A stretch of 63,591 nucleotides of DNA, counting the filler, from Rhabdomonas costata (lineage: Eukaryota): NCBI GenBank assembly GCA_019059605.1. It is 55 parts of 55 records of this genome, joined end to end, with 100 filler letters (N's around TTAATTAATTAA, not from the genome) between each part and the next. Parts side by side here need not be neighbours in the genome. Positions count along the whole stretch, not along the records: positions 10,432 to 11,489 come from JAHMHO010030863.1; positions 11,590 to 12,647 come from JAHMHO010030864.1; positions 12,748 to 13,806 come from JAHMHO010030865.1; positions 13,907 to 14,963 come from JAHMHO010030866.1; positions 15,064 to 16,121 come from JAHMHO010030867.1; positions 16,222 to 17,279 come from JAHMHO010030868.1; positions 17,380 to 18,437 come from JAHMHO010030869.1; positions 18,538 to 19,587 come from JAHMHO010030870.1; 47 more parts are not named here. One strand, 5' to 3'. Shown here in pieces: positions 10,432 to 23,857 of the stretch (positions within the stretch are counted from its first letter, which is position 1; each line of letters opens with the position of its first letter). The position numbers and the translations under genes were made by a program. The notes beneath the pieces are model-generated. The model had not been told where the DNA came from, searched no databases, and saw only the letters and a list, made by a program, of their open reading frames with translations.

Positions 10432-11479
10432 TTGTTTGGTTATACCAAATTTCATTATTTAAATAATTAAACAAAGTTAAATATTTATTATTTAATTTTT
10501 TAAGTATTCTGATATGTGAAAATAAAAAAGGATTTTGTGATGGAATATATAATGTATATATTTTATTATTTTTATTTATTTTAAATTGCATTTTTGTATT
10601 TGAAATAATATCATCATCTGTATTATTAATTAATGTATAATTCTTATCAAATGAATAATTATTATAAATCTGATATTCGGCATGATACCATTTCGTTACT
10701 AATGTAGTTTTACAATTATCAGATAAATGAAATATAATACATTTTTCTAGACATAACATATCTAAATATTTATTTATTATTTCTTGTGTTGAATCATTAA
10801 AATTCGAATAAATATTTTCAGATATAATAATATCTTGTATATTTCCTTTGAATGTATATAATTTAAAATTTAGATCAATCATATCATCGACAGTATTAAT
10901 ATGATAAAATAATGTATGAATAGTTAATGTTTTTTTTATTTCTGAAAAGAATGTTGAATTAACACCATATTTTTTTATAAATTTGATATAATTCATAATA
11001 ATAAAGACTATAAAATTTATATTTTGATTTCCTTTTTCCGTTAATTCAAGTTCAATAAAATAGAAAATAATATCTCCGATACTATTATTATCATAAATAT
11101 TCATATAATAATTTATATTCATATTTGAAATAAGATCATTTGATGTTAAAAATTTATAAATACCATTTGCTTTATGAGATAATAGATATGTAATATAATA
11201 TAATGGACAACATAAATGAACATTATCATTTGGCAATTGCCACCATAAGACTAATTGAGGCTTTGATATTGTTTTTAATTCAATATATTTAAAACATGTA
11301 TTAGGTTTAATATTATCTATTTTTATAGGTGGAGGAATTTTTACAGGTACTACTTTTTTATTTTTTATATCAGCGAATAATAAAGCCATTTTTTCAAGTT
11401 GTTGAATAGTATGATTACTTGAAATAACAACTTTCATAATATTAGATGAATAATAATCATTAAAGAATTTTCTTACTTT
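10432..11479 (-). CDS. Peptidase M16A (insulinase/pitrilysin family), internal fragment, intronless and AT-rich
   Basis: Open across the whole contig. KFFNDYYSSNIMKVVIS..TIQQLEKM..FADIKNK, YLLSH, KWYHAEY, LYIPSQNPF and IWY occur in the order seen in insulin-degrading enzyme. GC is roughly 20% or less by eye. Confidence 0.85.
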
Positions 11480-11960
11480 CCCAACCCCCNNNNNNNNNNN
11501 NNNNNNNNNNNNNNNNNNNNNNNNNNNNNNNNNTTAATTAATTAANNNNNNNNNNNNNNNNNNNNNNNNNNNNNNNNNNNNNNNNNNNNGTTGGTGTGTT
11601 TGCCCTCCCGCCTCCCCCCTTCCCGCATTCCTGCACCCGTTCATGCTGCACTCTCTCAGCTCTTCTATCACTCCTCTGGCGTGCAGGCACGCTTAGCTTG
11701 CATATGAAGCTGCCGTCGGATCCCCTCGCTTGACTCGCGTACTCTCTCACAGCAGGAGGAAAAGGATGCAACTTGGCAAGTCTCCGCTGGAAGTGGCTAC
11801 CGATACACGGTAGGAACACGCTAATTCATCATGGGTTCCGTCACGATCGATCTTTCGCGGCACCGTTCATCCGACGGGTTCGCATGACGCCGTGTGCAGC
11901 CAGCGTTCGGCCGCGCCTGTGCACCCCTGTGCAGCTTATGTGGGGTCTTTCTGGTTTCAG

Positions 11961-12068
11961 GTCGGGCGAGTGCTGAAGGCCGGTGAGGTGTTCGCTGCCC
12001 TGGAGTCCGTGAAGGCAACTGGGGAGTGCTACGCCCCGGTCAGCGGCAAGGTCACCGAGGCCAACAAG
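11961..12068 (+). CDS. gcvH: Glycine cleavage system H protein, internal exon with lipoyl-lysine
   Basis: cag|VGRVLKAGEVFAALESVKATGECYAPVSGKVTEANK|gt; ESVK and APVSG.V.E.N motifs. Confidence 0.93.
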
Positions 12069-13368
12069 GTCTGCCTGTGCCCCCAGGGACTGAGTTGTCA
12101 CTAGTGCAGCATTAGTGAAAGGACACTACGGGAGTGATATTTTCTTTGATATTGTAGCATACCTTACCATTATATGGCCCGTATAATAATAATGCCATTA
12201 TAGCATAATGGTTTGCCCGTATAATTGTATAATTGGGTAGTATTTCCATCATAGTAGGATGCTATTTTAGTATAATGGCTGTACTACCCTTTTATATTGA
12301 CACCCCTCCCCCAAGTATTATTTCACAGCATTGAATGCTCAGCCAACCCAATTTCATGGGAAAGGACAAGACCTATGATCTATGCATGCACATCCCTCCG
12401 CTGTCGCCTTTGATGCGGACTTTTCTGCTTCATAGACGGTCAGGTCCATGTGCTGAGAACGCATCCCTACTCTCATTCTGTTCAGAAAAAGAAACGTGGA
12501 AGTAGGCATAGGGAAGGGTTTTTCTGTGGCCATCTTTGAAGATTGCATGTCCTGGATGTCTGGTCCTTTTTGGGAAGCCTAAAGTTGCCCCGGAGTCAAT
12601 AGGCGTGAGACCGAACGAAAAATGTTCCTGTATGGCCCGTCGCAGGTNNNNNNNNNNNNNNNNNNNNNNNNNNNNNNNNNNNNNNNNNNNNTTAATTAAT
12701 TAANNNNNNNNNNNNNNNNNNNNNNNNNNNNNNNNNNNNNNNNNNNNTCCATTCGCCGTATGTTGGTGGTGAGTATGCAGCCACCTTTCCATCAGCACCA
12801 TTCAAAGTCCCCCCCGGAAACGTCCGGCGGTCAGAATAGGGGGGTAACCAGGCGACAGAAAAAGGTATCCTCCCTTTTCGCACCAGATATTTTTCTCCTC
12901 CCCCTCCTTTCCTTTTCATTTTTATGTTCCAGACGATGGATTAAACTTCAGTGTACACATATTTGCTGTTTGCCTGCCCCGTGGACACTAGCACCAGATC
13001 TGCTCGGTATGCCGAGAGACTCTGCAGAATGGGGAGGATGGAACCACTTTGTGAGGGCGTATGCTCTGTGATTTGCAAAGGCGTTCGAAAAGGAGTGTAA
13101 ACCACAAAACGGCGCAATTCCACCCACTTTGCTTCTCAAAATGAGGTCAGGTGCAATTCCCCACACATCCCGATTTTCACGCGTCCTGGTCCCTGCTAGA
13201 CTGGTTAAACCACGCAGTAGGTTGCACATACAGAAATGCATGCAGCACGGCTTTCCCAACCGTGAGCAAAGGCGTCCAAGTGACACATTGACCGACCCAG
13301 CACGATGACAGTTTTTGGAAGGATTCCTGACTTAGTGCACCCCACCACCACACACACAAGCTGCATAC

Positions 13369-13806
13369 CCCTCCTGCTCCGCGAGCCTTTCCTGCAGCAG
13401 CTTTGCAGCCGCGGCCCTCTCCTCCTCCAGAGAGCGAGCCTGTTGCTCGGCCTGGAGGCTGAGCCGGCCTGCCTCCGCAACGGCCTGCTGCAGGTCATCT
13501 TGTTGCGCCTCCAGCACAGCGGCCTTGGCCTGACCCGCAAACATCCCCCACTCAAAAAACACACCGCGCTGTGCCCTTCTGCTGTGCGCATGGTGCGGCG
13601 ACAGCGTTGCCTGCAGCGAAAGTGCTCTCGCAGACCTCAAAACATCTAAGTGCCAGGAAGTCCACAGAACAGCTGCGCCCGGATGCAAAAGGTTAACGGC
13701 TCCTGCTTCAGACAAAAAAGAAAAACGACCTGAAGCTCGTCTCGCAGGGCCTGGATGGCCTCCTGAAGCCCCTTCTTTTCCTCCTTCGCGCCCGCCACCA
13801 CCCCAC
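13369..13806 (-). CDS. Coiled-coil protein, partial (2 exons)
   Basis: Exons >13806-13730 and 13529-13369 join in phase 0 across a GT-AG intron (LRDELQ|AKAAVLEAQQDDLQQ); E/Q/A/L heptad pattern. Confidence 0.65.
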
Positions 13807-16800
13807 NNNNNNNNNNNNNNNNNNNNNNNNNNNNNNNNNNNNNNNNNNNNTTAATTAATTAANNNNNNNNNNNNNNNNNNNNNNNNNNNNNNNNNNNNNN
13901 NNNNNNTAAAGACTTTCGTGGGAAGGCTCATTGTTGCGATGAGGGAACGGAGAAGTGAACGGAGACACAAGGGAAGACTGGGGAACAGCAAACTCAATAG
14001 GAAGCCAGGCACTGAATAGAAGAACGGAAAAGCAATAGCACGGGGTGGATGATGATAACCCCACGCTTTGCAGAACGATTGATAGCTTAGCATTGGTTAT
14101 CGTTCAACATAGCAGTGTTTCACAACATTGCGAAAGTCACACCTCTCAGTAAAAAGAGGTCCGCACGGCTGGAAGCACACAGGATGGACGCAGGACTGAA
14201 CGATTGTGGCAGCAACATTGGTGCGGAAGCGCAAGGGCACAGTTGCATAGGAAGAAAAATGAACAGAAGGCGGGATGGAATGGGGACCGCTCAGTTGAAG
14301 ATCTGCTTTGTTCTTCCGGACAAACCATGGTGTTGAGGTGACTGACGTGGGAGGCAAGTATGGAATGGGTCCGGCAAGCTTCCACAGCTAAATGTGCCTG
14401 ATACTGCTACTTTTGCAAAGGAAGGATTGCACAAGTGAAACGAACGGCAACTAGGAGCACCAACAACCATGTTGGGACATTGACACTATTCCCTTGGCAC
14501 CCAAACTTGCGCCACACAATTTCGACAAGGCCAAGTTCTCAAATTCCTGAAAGGCTGCCCTCGTCAGTGGGTTATTTGATAAGGGAAAACCCAACCCTAA
14601 GACGGAGTACCTCAGCACAGGTCAAAGCCGAAGCCAAGCCTCGTGAGCAGAGGTTTGAAAAGTCTGCAATCCCATCAATGGAACTGAAATCCGTATGTTT
14701 TGACATGTTCACCTTCAGAACAGCTTCTTTTCAAAGCAGGGGATTAGGTATACTTTGTCAGGCTCCCCCCAGGACAGGTTATTTTCGAAGCAGGGGTTAG
14801 GTGAACTTTGTCAGTTCCCCCCAGTGCAGTATCCACCAAAAGACACCTCTGCACCCACGGACATGGTTCTCACAGGCCAGCAGGAAACGCCCGCGGCCAT
14901 GCTGGAAAGAACCTTGTCCACTGCTTCTGTCAAGTGCTAACCCCCCACCAAACACACCACACANNNNNNNNNNNNNNNNNNNNNNNNNNNNNNNNNNNNN
15001 NNNNNNNTTAATTAATTAANNNNNNNNNNNNNNNNNNNNNNNNNNNNNNNNNNNNNNNNNNNNGCACAAACCTGGGCGGAAGAGGGGGATGGGATGGGAG
15101 GTGATTAATGATCAGTGTAAATTACGAACCTGTCAGTCATTACAAAGCCTAGCACCATCCCAAAACTGAGAAAATAGTTTTTGCCCTGTCGAGCTCTATT
15201 TATTTAGCGACGATAGTCTATTTGGGCATCGTATGATGCGCTCTGATTTTTTGAACACCCCAAACGGATAATTTTCACGCAGCAGTTGATGTTCAGGTGG
15301 AACACAGCAAGGCCGAATATCGTACCTCTGGTATATCGGAAGACCAGAAGTATTTCAGGGGACACTTTTTTAAAAGCTCAAACATAAAAGGACAACTAAC
15401 ACATAGCGAACTGGAGGAAAGAATGGGGAACCCCCCCCAAAAAAAAGACGTTTATGGACAATAGACCCAGGCCAATACGAGCTTCAGAGGATTTTTCAAG
15501 AAACGAAAACGAAGCCAGGTCGAAACTGTAACTGTTTTCCTCTGCATTTTGGGTGTTGGTTTTCTTATTTCGGATTGACAGCAACCTGGAGGAATGAAGG
15601 GCCGCGGCGCGGGCTCGAGCGAGAAGCATGGCCTGGTCGGGCCACGGGCCCTGCGCGACGTCTGCGGAGATTACCCGCTGTAGGGGCTCTGGGAAGGTAG
15701 GCCGGGGCTGCCCCGCAGGCACCGGCTGCAGCCCACCCTCAAAAAGGGTGGCGTCAGGGGTCATAGCGTGGATTTGGAACACTCCGTTCCCTGAATAGAA
15801 AAAACGTTCGCTGGGCAACAAGAACAGAAAGTGTATGAAAGCAACGGAAACAAACAAAAGTGAGAGAGGGCTAAGCCGAAGCAGGCCTGGGGTCTTTTGT
15901 ATATATTTTGTATATAAGCAACGGAGAACACACGTACAAAACCCTCGAAATGGAAACCGTTCGGGAAGGGGAGAGATAGGGTGAGGTCGGGCGGGTTGCA
16001 TTCAAGCATTGCTCCACTCACTGCTTGTTAAGGGACGTGTTTCCAGCAGTGCAAAAAGCCATAAGTGTTCCAGAAAGGTGTGCAACTCCCCCCCCCCCAA
16101 AAAAAAACAAGAACAAAAAACNNNNNNNNNNNNNNNNNNNNNNNNNNNNNNNNNNNNNNNNNNNNTTAATTAATTAANNNNNNNNNNNNNNNNNNNNNNN
16201 NNNNNNNNNNNNNNNNNNNNNTGTTTGTGGTCGCTCATTTTTTCTGTCCTTTTTCTGTATGATTTGGCTTCTGCTCACTTCCAAAATGCCTCTGTTTTAT
16301 TATAAGCAATTTGTGTTCTTTTTGGAATTTCAGTTCTAATTTTCGTGCGTGTCCCATTTGAACTGCATGGATTTGGACACAATCAGATGACATGTATTTG
16401 ATTTAGCTCGTGTTTGGCACCGACGACGCCTTTCCTCTGCTTGATGGAATCCTCGAATGATTTCCCGCTCGAACCTTTGATTGCAAATAAATATAAATTC
16501 ATATTTAAGATGGTTAGGGATGGTTGGTACACGATTGTGTGTGTGATTTTTTTATTTGTTTGCACTGCATGACGTGCGGTGAGTTGGTGTCCGATCTGCA
16601 GCCTTCTTGCGCTCTGGACGCCCCTCCAGTGTCTCCTCGGGAGCTCTTTGCAGAGGAAGAGCTCGAAAGAGCAGGGTACGCCCCAACATTTCTCCCAAGA
16701 GATCTGGGAAGGGATGAAGGAAAGGGAGGCTATCGCACTACACCCTTTGCACAGAAATAGTTCGGGGGCTTATCCTATTGGTCATGTTTGCATATGAACA

Positions 16801-18724
16801 TATGAACGAGAAACGGCACGGGTTTCTGCGGACACATGTCCGGTGTGTCCCTAATCACAAGGGGGCACAAACGTGAAACGTGAGGGTGTAGTCTATTGGG
16901 AGAGCAGGTGGTGGCTTTGTGTGCACCAGTCCACGTCCGTATGTTGTGACAGTCCAAAAAAAATAATGGTCAGCAAACAAACCGTTGGCAATAATGGTAA
17001 TGCAAGGCGAAAACAGGGATATCAGTGTCTGTACTCAGCTGCTAAAGGGGGTTGTACTGCCTCCTAGATGCCAATCTTTTAAGTTAAAAATATTTCGACC
17101 GTTTAACGTTATTAAACGTTGAACGTTGAACGCTCAACGCCCGAGGAGAATAGATGCGCGGAAGGAATGACGGTGAGATAATTTGAGGCAGGTAGACTTG
17201 TGTAAACGAGAAAAAGTGGTGGCAAACGCGAAAAATCATTCACATAATGAATGGGCGACGAGGACTCGGCACAAACACANNNNNNNNNNNNNNNNNNNNN
17301 NNNNNNNNNNNNNNNNNNNNNNNTTAATTAATTAANNNNNNNNNNNNNNNNNNNNNNNNNNNNNNNNNNNNNNNNNNNNGAATAAGGAGAAGGAGCTGGA
17401 TGCAATCCACAGTGCTGATGTTGAGCGTACGCAGGGACTATGCCGAAGGGAGCGTGAGGCCATTTCCCAGGAGCACACTTGGGGCTCTGAGGAGGCTCAG
17501 CAGCAGGCGGAGCTGCTTGGTGTGTTGTGTGTCCCGCGTGAAGTGAACATGGTCGTTAGTAGACCCCAAAAGAGAGGGTCGGTGGGACCGTGATTTAATT
17601 TGTGGCGGACTTCTGTAGGTTTGGTGAAACAGCTTCAATAGAATTGCCGTTTGGACTTGCCTGGGTTCAGAGGGGGGAATCTGTTCTCCTTTTTTCTTTC
17701 AATGTTTTGTGTCTGCGCATGAGTTTGCTGGTGTTTAGATCTTTATTGTCACTGTTCGGATTGCAATGCCACTCCATTTGTGCTTCATTGAGTCCAGGTT
17801 GACATTTGACGAAGTGCATAACGTTCTTGCTTCGCTTTCGCAAAAAGTGCAACTTTGAGCTTATGTAAAATGAAGTGCAAGCATGTGTGTGGGGGGGACG
17901 CCACAGTTACCAAAACCAGCTGCAGCAACATCCCCCCCCCCCAGTCATCAGTCATGGCAGTGCTTATGTGGATGAAGCCTGTGTTCTCCCCATTTTCCCG
18001 CCTTACGCGCAGCTGGCCTTCGTGATCGGTTGGCCTCAGCCTCTCACAAGCTTTGGTTCTTGAGCCAGGAGGCGAGGCTTTCTCCGGGCTCCAGTCGATC
18101 TCCTTCAAAGCTGCTGGAACTTCGCTCTTCAACTGAAGAGTATCATTATTTTCTTTCTCTCGCGTGTGCGTGCAACGCCCATCTGTGTTGCACTGATGAC
18201 GAAGGTTTTCAAAAGTCGCTGTCTTCATTTCTGAATTCTCCTGAGCCTGACGCTTCAGATACATTGGCATCATTGGCATGGGTAATATTAATGAAAAAAA
18301 TAGTCCCATTGTAGGATATACACTTATGTTCTGGTTCCTCGGAGCGAAGATTTGTTATTGAAAGGGATTTGAACATAGTTGCGCTGATAAATATGAGAGA
18401 GGGACTCGCGTACTACGTCATGTGTTTCTCAAAAACANNNNNNNNNNNNNNNNNNNNNNNNNNNNNNNNNNNNNNNNNNNNTTAATTAATTAANNNNNNN
18501 NNNNNNNNNNNNNNNNNNNNNNNNNNNNNNNNNNNNNCCTGCCTCCCAGCAACCCATGCCAAAAACAGGCAAGAATACGCTTTCATCGTTACATACTGTT
18601 GCAAACTGCACAAAGGAGAAAATTACCCCACCCCAAAATAAAGCTAAACGCTAGAGGTTGGGGTGCTGAGAGAACTGTATCTTGCGTGTCTTTCGTGACT
18701 GTGCACATAAACAGGAAAGAGAAC

Positions 18725-19587
18725 CTGGCGGTCCTGTGCGCCCACGGTGATGGTGACGGAGCTCTCCGCAGACCCCCCGGGGTGCACCACCACGCAGGGC
18801 ACGGCGCGGCCGGGGCTGGTGACTTGCTGGCGGACAGCGTCTCGGAAGGCCGTCAGGGAGGGCGTGGGCACTCCTACGAGAGCGAGAGAGAAGATCGTTT
18901 GGTTGTAGGCACGTGCGGGGGGAAGAAAGGGGTGAGGAAAGGGAAATACGCGAAGTACGCCCCACCACGGGAGTTTACTGCGCAACTGACAGTACCACAT
19001 CACCCCCCGAGCGCAAGGGAGGGGGATAGGCGTGCTAGGCACGAAGCCCTTGGCTTAGGATGGAAGGCTCTGAGAGTCATTCGGAGGACGGAGCGCCGGG
19101 ATGTGAGAAACGGACTGCTCTCTGGATGCTATTCACTCACATAAGTATGCGTACGAGTATTGCAAAGCGGAGGTTAAGAGATGAAATATAATCCCCCTCC
19201 CTCTTCAACCCCTCTCTGAGTATCTTTCGGGCACTTTTGCAGCAAAGGGCGATCATACCAACCCCCCGCTCACCAACAGCTTTTTTTTAACAAACGTCGC
19301 AGCATTGTGGCTGAAGAGCTGCGAGGGATGGAACTCGCAGGCACACCCAGATAGCAGGGAACGATGGATAAAAAATAGGTGAGTGGCTTGAGTAGCTAGG
19401 CGGGGTTGGGGGTTGGGCTAAGCTTTGGGTTAGGTGGGCAGAGCAGGCTCCAAGACAGAGAGAGAGAGAGTTGTCGGTGCAGGCAGCAGGGTGGAAGGGA
19501 AGCGGGCGCAGCCTGCAAAGCTGACCACGGTGTCGTTCTCGCGGATCTGAGCCAGGTCGGAGGGCCCGCCTCGCTCGACACCCCACA
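18725..19587 (-). CDS. PDZ domain protein, partial (2 exons)
   Basis: VERGGPSDLAQIRENDTVVSFAG|VPTPSLTAFRDAVRQQVTSPGRAVPCVVVH..VTITVG. Exons 19587-19513 and 18873-18725 are joined by GC-AG intron 19512-18874. Confidence 0.75.
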
Positions 19588-19773
19588 NNNNNNNNNNNNN
19601 NNNNNNNNNNNNNNNNNNNNNNNNNNNNNNNTTAATTAATTAANNNNNNNNNNNNNNNNNNNNNNNNNNNNNNNNNNNNNNNNNNNNGTTGGTTGTTCTC
19701 CCTATGCGTCCTTTCTCTTTCGAGCTGTAGTGGTTGGATTTTTTGAGGGGGGAGGATGTTTGCAAACTAATAG

Positions 19774-20154
19774 GCCCACTCGTGCCCGAGGCGAGCTCCG
19801 GGCCTTTGACGGAAGCTCTTGCCGGCCAACTCGTGGGTCACTTCCAGCACCTGGAAGATCACGTTGAGGAGCTGCACACCGATGTGCACAGGCTGGCAGG
19901 GCTGCCGGGGAAGGTCACGGAAGTGGAGCAGCAAGTCCGCCAGCAGGGTATGCGGGGGGAGGAGCTGCAGTCCGAGCTGGACAGCCTGGGGGCCCGCCAG
20001 AAGGCCTCCGAGGAGATTGGGACGGGGCTGCAACTCGCGGTGAACACGCTGACCGCGAACACTGACCGCGCCGTGGAAAACATGCTGGGCTGGGCCCGGG
20101 AGCTGCAGCAGCTCAGGGCTCTGAGCGGCACGCTGGCGAAGATCCCCACCGAAG
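19774..20154 (+). CDS. Coiled-coil protein, internal exon
   Basis: ag|...|gt boundaries, GC3-rich codons, heptad pattern (LEDHVEELHTDV..VTEVEQQV..LQSELDSL). Confidence 0.6.
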
Positions 20155-21223
20155 GTCAGCCACCGCTTCCGTATTTGGACGATCCACCCTCCACCTGGAT
20201 TTTGGGTTCAGCTGCTTTTTTCCCTTTCCCTTGGGTCATGGGCACCACCTTTCGCTCGGCCGCTGTCTGACTGTGAAATTTCACGGGTGAAATCCGGACA
20301 CCTTGCAACCGTACTTTGTTTCATGGGAGCAGAGGCTGCGTACTGGCTCTAACGGTAGTTTTTTAGTTTTCTGAAAGAGAGGACACATCAGAAGCAACGA
20401 AAATTTGATTTGATTTACCTTTGTGGTGGTGGCGATTCATCCCACTCCTGCTCTCATCTCAACCGCTTTAACACACCCTGATTCCATTTCTTGTATCTCA
20501 GGAAGTTGGTTCCGGATGATACACTTGGATAGTTATACAACGTGGAACACCCGGGTTCCGGCATTTTGGTATTGGGGGGGGGTGCGCAACTTCGATAAAT
20601 CTAAGAAATGCTTGATCCGCGCCCTCTTATATGGCACGGTCTGACGTCTTCCGTCCGCTCCGGCTGCGCCTCTGAAATAATATTGTCCCAATTAATCTCT
20701 AAACGTTCACCACCCCAGTACGTGTCAAGTGTTGTCCCGCCTGATNNNNNNNNNNNNNNNNNNNNNNNNNNNNNNNNNNNNNNNNNNNNTTAATTAATTA
20801 ANNNNNNNNNNNNNNNNNNNNNNNNNNNNNNNNNNNNNNNNNNNNGTGGTGGGTGGGTGTGGTGGGGTGGGGCTATTTGCGGCATCCGTGGCATCTGCTG
20901 GCCTCTGTGGCATCTGTTCCCTTTTGGCCGAACCCTACCTGAGTACGCAGATGGTGAGTTTGCTGTGATGGGAGAGCCGGACCTTTTTGTACGATATCTG
21001 CTGGACGGGAGAGGCGAGGGACGGATGGGCGACAATCCCTGAGATTATAGAATTGCCCCAGTGGCATTTTGTGGCCCTCTCCCCAAATCGGTTCCCCGAC
21101 TTTCGATCGAACCTCGAAACCTCAACCCTCCCCCAAAAAAAAGAAGAAAGAAAGAAAGATAGAAAGATAGATAGAAAGAAAGAAAGAAAGAAAAACGTTG
21201 GACAATGTTGGAGGTGGGGACAC

Positions 21224-21414
21224 TCCTCAAGTCTGGTCAACATTTAGTCCGCCAGGGTCAGGATCACGCTCTCTTCAAACTTGTAGTTGTCGGTAACGCT
21301 TCTCAGGCTGGGCCCCAAAAGGTCCATCGCCAGCCATCTCTTGCCGTGAGAAACCCCGCTATCCAGCGCACGAGGAAACCCTGGCTCCGCCCGCAGGTCG
21401 TGCATGCACCGAAC
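21224..21414 (-). pseudogene. Casein kinase 1-like exon with an in-frame TAA
   Basis: VRCMHDLRAEPGFP...WLAMDLLGPSL...FEESVILTLAD*MLTRLE. MDLLGPSL and LADQM..R.E are CK1 signatures. The TAA at 21246-21244 replaces the Gln. Confidence 0.7.
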
Positions 21415-22664
21415 CTGGAAGCAAGCGAGCCGTCAACACACGTGAGCAGCCCAAGGGCATAACAGGGTTGGCCTTTTTTTTAATGTTTTGATGTCACCCA
21501 GCGAATAGGGTGAGGTTTTGGGCCGAAGTAAGTGGTCCTACCACCCCATTTCCGATTAGGCCCCCGGCGATTGGTGAGGTTCCCGAAGCCGGCTGAAGAG
21601 GCTAGATAGGCCAACCTGGCAGAACCCCCAGAACAGCGATAAGAAAAAGAACTGTCAACAGGACATACAGAAAAAAGAGCGTTCCACTGCTTCCTTCAGT
21701 CACAGGATACACAGCAGTGTTTCCAACACGATTGGCACGACTTGGTTAAAAGGAGGAGGAGTGCAATGAGTTCTTCTTTGGTGAGGGTGTGGGAATACTG
21801 TTGTGTGTGTTGACACAGTTCACTGGTATGTTGCGTTGTTGCTGTTGTCGTTGGGCGTGTTTGAGGGTTCTCGTAATCCTTTTCTGCCGTTCTGGGGTTC
21901 CGCNNNNNNNNNNNNNNNNNNNNNNNNNNNNNNNNNNNNNNNNNNNNTTAATTAATTAANNNNNNNNNNNNNNNNNNNNNNNNNNNNNNNNNNNNNNNNN
22001 NNNTGTTGTGGGTGTGTTTGGGGTGTTTGGGAGGCAGGCCGAGGGCATGCCGAGTGCACCGCACCGGGACAGACACCTGTAGTGTAGCGGCCGGTGCCGA
22101 CTGGAGAGGCGAGATCGAGGCCTGGAGTCTTATGACATACACGGTATGTATCGCATTCGCCTTGTTTCAAGATAATCAAGTGGGGAAGAAAATGAGAAAG
22201 AGTCCTGAGAGAAGGCTCTCGGGTTTCACGCTGTTCCTGTTCATGCTTTGCCCACACCGTTTTTTTTACACAGCGTCTCATTCCCTTAAATAATCAAGCA
22301 TGGCATTCTGCAGACCTTGTGTATTCCAGCGGAGGTGTTCTGACCGGTCAGCTGAAAAATAGTTTTGCCCACAACAGTGGCAGCGGCAGAGGGGTCCATT
22401 CCGGGAGGAGCGGCCAGTAGAGTGGCCGGGGGGTACCGCAAGGCGTAGGAAGTGTTCTGGTTGTACTCAAACCCTGGTGGCAGCAACCCGACCCATCAAA
22501 CCACTGTACTCAGTACGGCACTTCGACACTTAAGAAGTAACCGCCAACCACCGCAAAAGCAGGTCAAACTAATAGCAAGAGGGAAGGAGCGCAGTCGCGA
22601 CACATCTGATACATTGTACGGCTCCAATATTGTCATTTGCAGCTGGCCTTCCGCCACTGATGCT

Positions 22665-22715
22665 GCTGGGTCTCGATCCCTCCAACTGGTGCTGGGTCTC
22701 GATCCCTCCAACTGG
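22665..22715. repeat. 26-nt tandem duplication
   Basis: GCTGGGTCTCGATCCCTCCAACTGG(T) occurs twice in tandem. Confidence 0.9.
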
Positions 22716-23470
22716 AGCCGCACCCCTTTTGCTTGACAGTGCGCCTGCGCTGCGATACATGTACATGTGTATGGACTCACCCAACGCCGAGCCGCAGGAC
22801 AGAGCTTACCCGTAAGAAGGTCAGCAACCTCCCACTGCGCGAAGACCTTCGTCGCCGGATTGAGGGCAAGGATCCGAAGAATAGTCTGCGCTAGTCCCTG
22901 CACACATTGGGGTAGGGAAATCGGTTCGGAGACTAGTAAGCGGGCATGTGAAGACCTCGACCATCCCCCCACCGGGGACACAAACCCACCCCCGCAATTG
23001 CAACCAGGCAGAATCGGGATCATGGATGGGGTGAAAAAGGAAAGGGGGGGCGGCGTGAAGAANNNNNNNNNNNNNNNNNNNNNNNNNNNNNNNNNNNNNN
23101 NNNNNNTTAATTAATTAANNNNNNNNNNNNNNNNNNNNNNNNNNNNNNNNNNNNNNNNNNNNGACTGCTTGAAAGCTTTTGTTATTGTTCCTCCCTTCAA
23201 ACTGTACTGTTTTCCCGCACTCACGTTCTCTTCTCTTTGCATCTGTGCGGCTGTTGTGTGCGCCGGACTTTGAACACTGGACTTGTGTTGACTACCAATT
23301 TTTTATACATGGTAATATACAAAGGAAAGCTGAGGGGGAAAGGGGCAAAGGGTCCAGGACTCCGGACCGGCTGCGTACACGGCATGCGCTTAGCAGTCCC
23401 ACCAAGACTTTTGAAACAAGAGGTTTACGGCGAAGCAGGCGCGGTCCCGAGAGCAGGGGCCAGGGATGAC

Positions 23471-23546
23471 CTCTGTGTGGTGGCGCACTCTCCTGCAATG
23501 CTGCTGTTCATGGAGATTCGAATCTCCTCCTGCATGAAGGACTCCC
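23471..23546 (-). CDS. GAF domain micro-exon (phosphodiesterase/cyclase type)
   Basis: cag|GESFMQEEIRISMNSSIAGECATTQR|gt resembles the GAF motif EIRIP..GIAG.VA.TG. Confidence 0.6.
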
Positions 23547-23857
23547 CTGCGCAAAAATGCAGCATGACCGTGTGCGAAGGTGTGCGTACAATGATAATCA
23601 TAACCCATCCGACTTCTCCGCGCTCGTACTTCACCCTAAACTCACGAGGGCATCCACCACAACGCCTTCAACGCATCTGAACGAAGAGGTCAGGTTCCCA
23701 GGGTCAGCAGAGTCAGCAGCCCGACAAAAGACCTTTCTGAGGGTTTGTTCTGCAGGCTGGTGGTTTGGCAGTCGGCGTTTTCGACTGCTAGGTTGCAGTC
23801 TATTTTAACAGGCATCGAACGGGTTCCTTCTGTTTGTTTCTGTTTTGTTTGTTCCCC

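Noticed and set aside
13907-13932. MSLPTKVF as a cyclophilin N-terminus
   Set aside because: Only eight codons precede the contig end, which is too short to assign.
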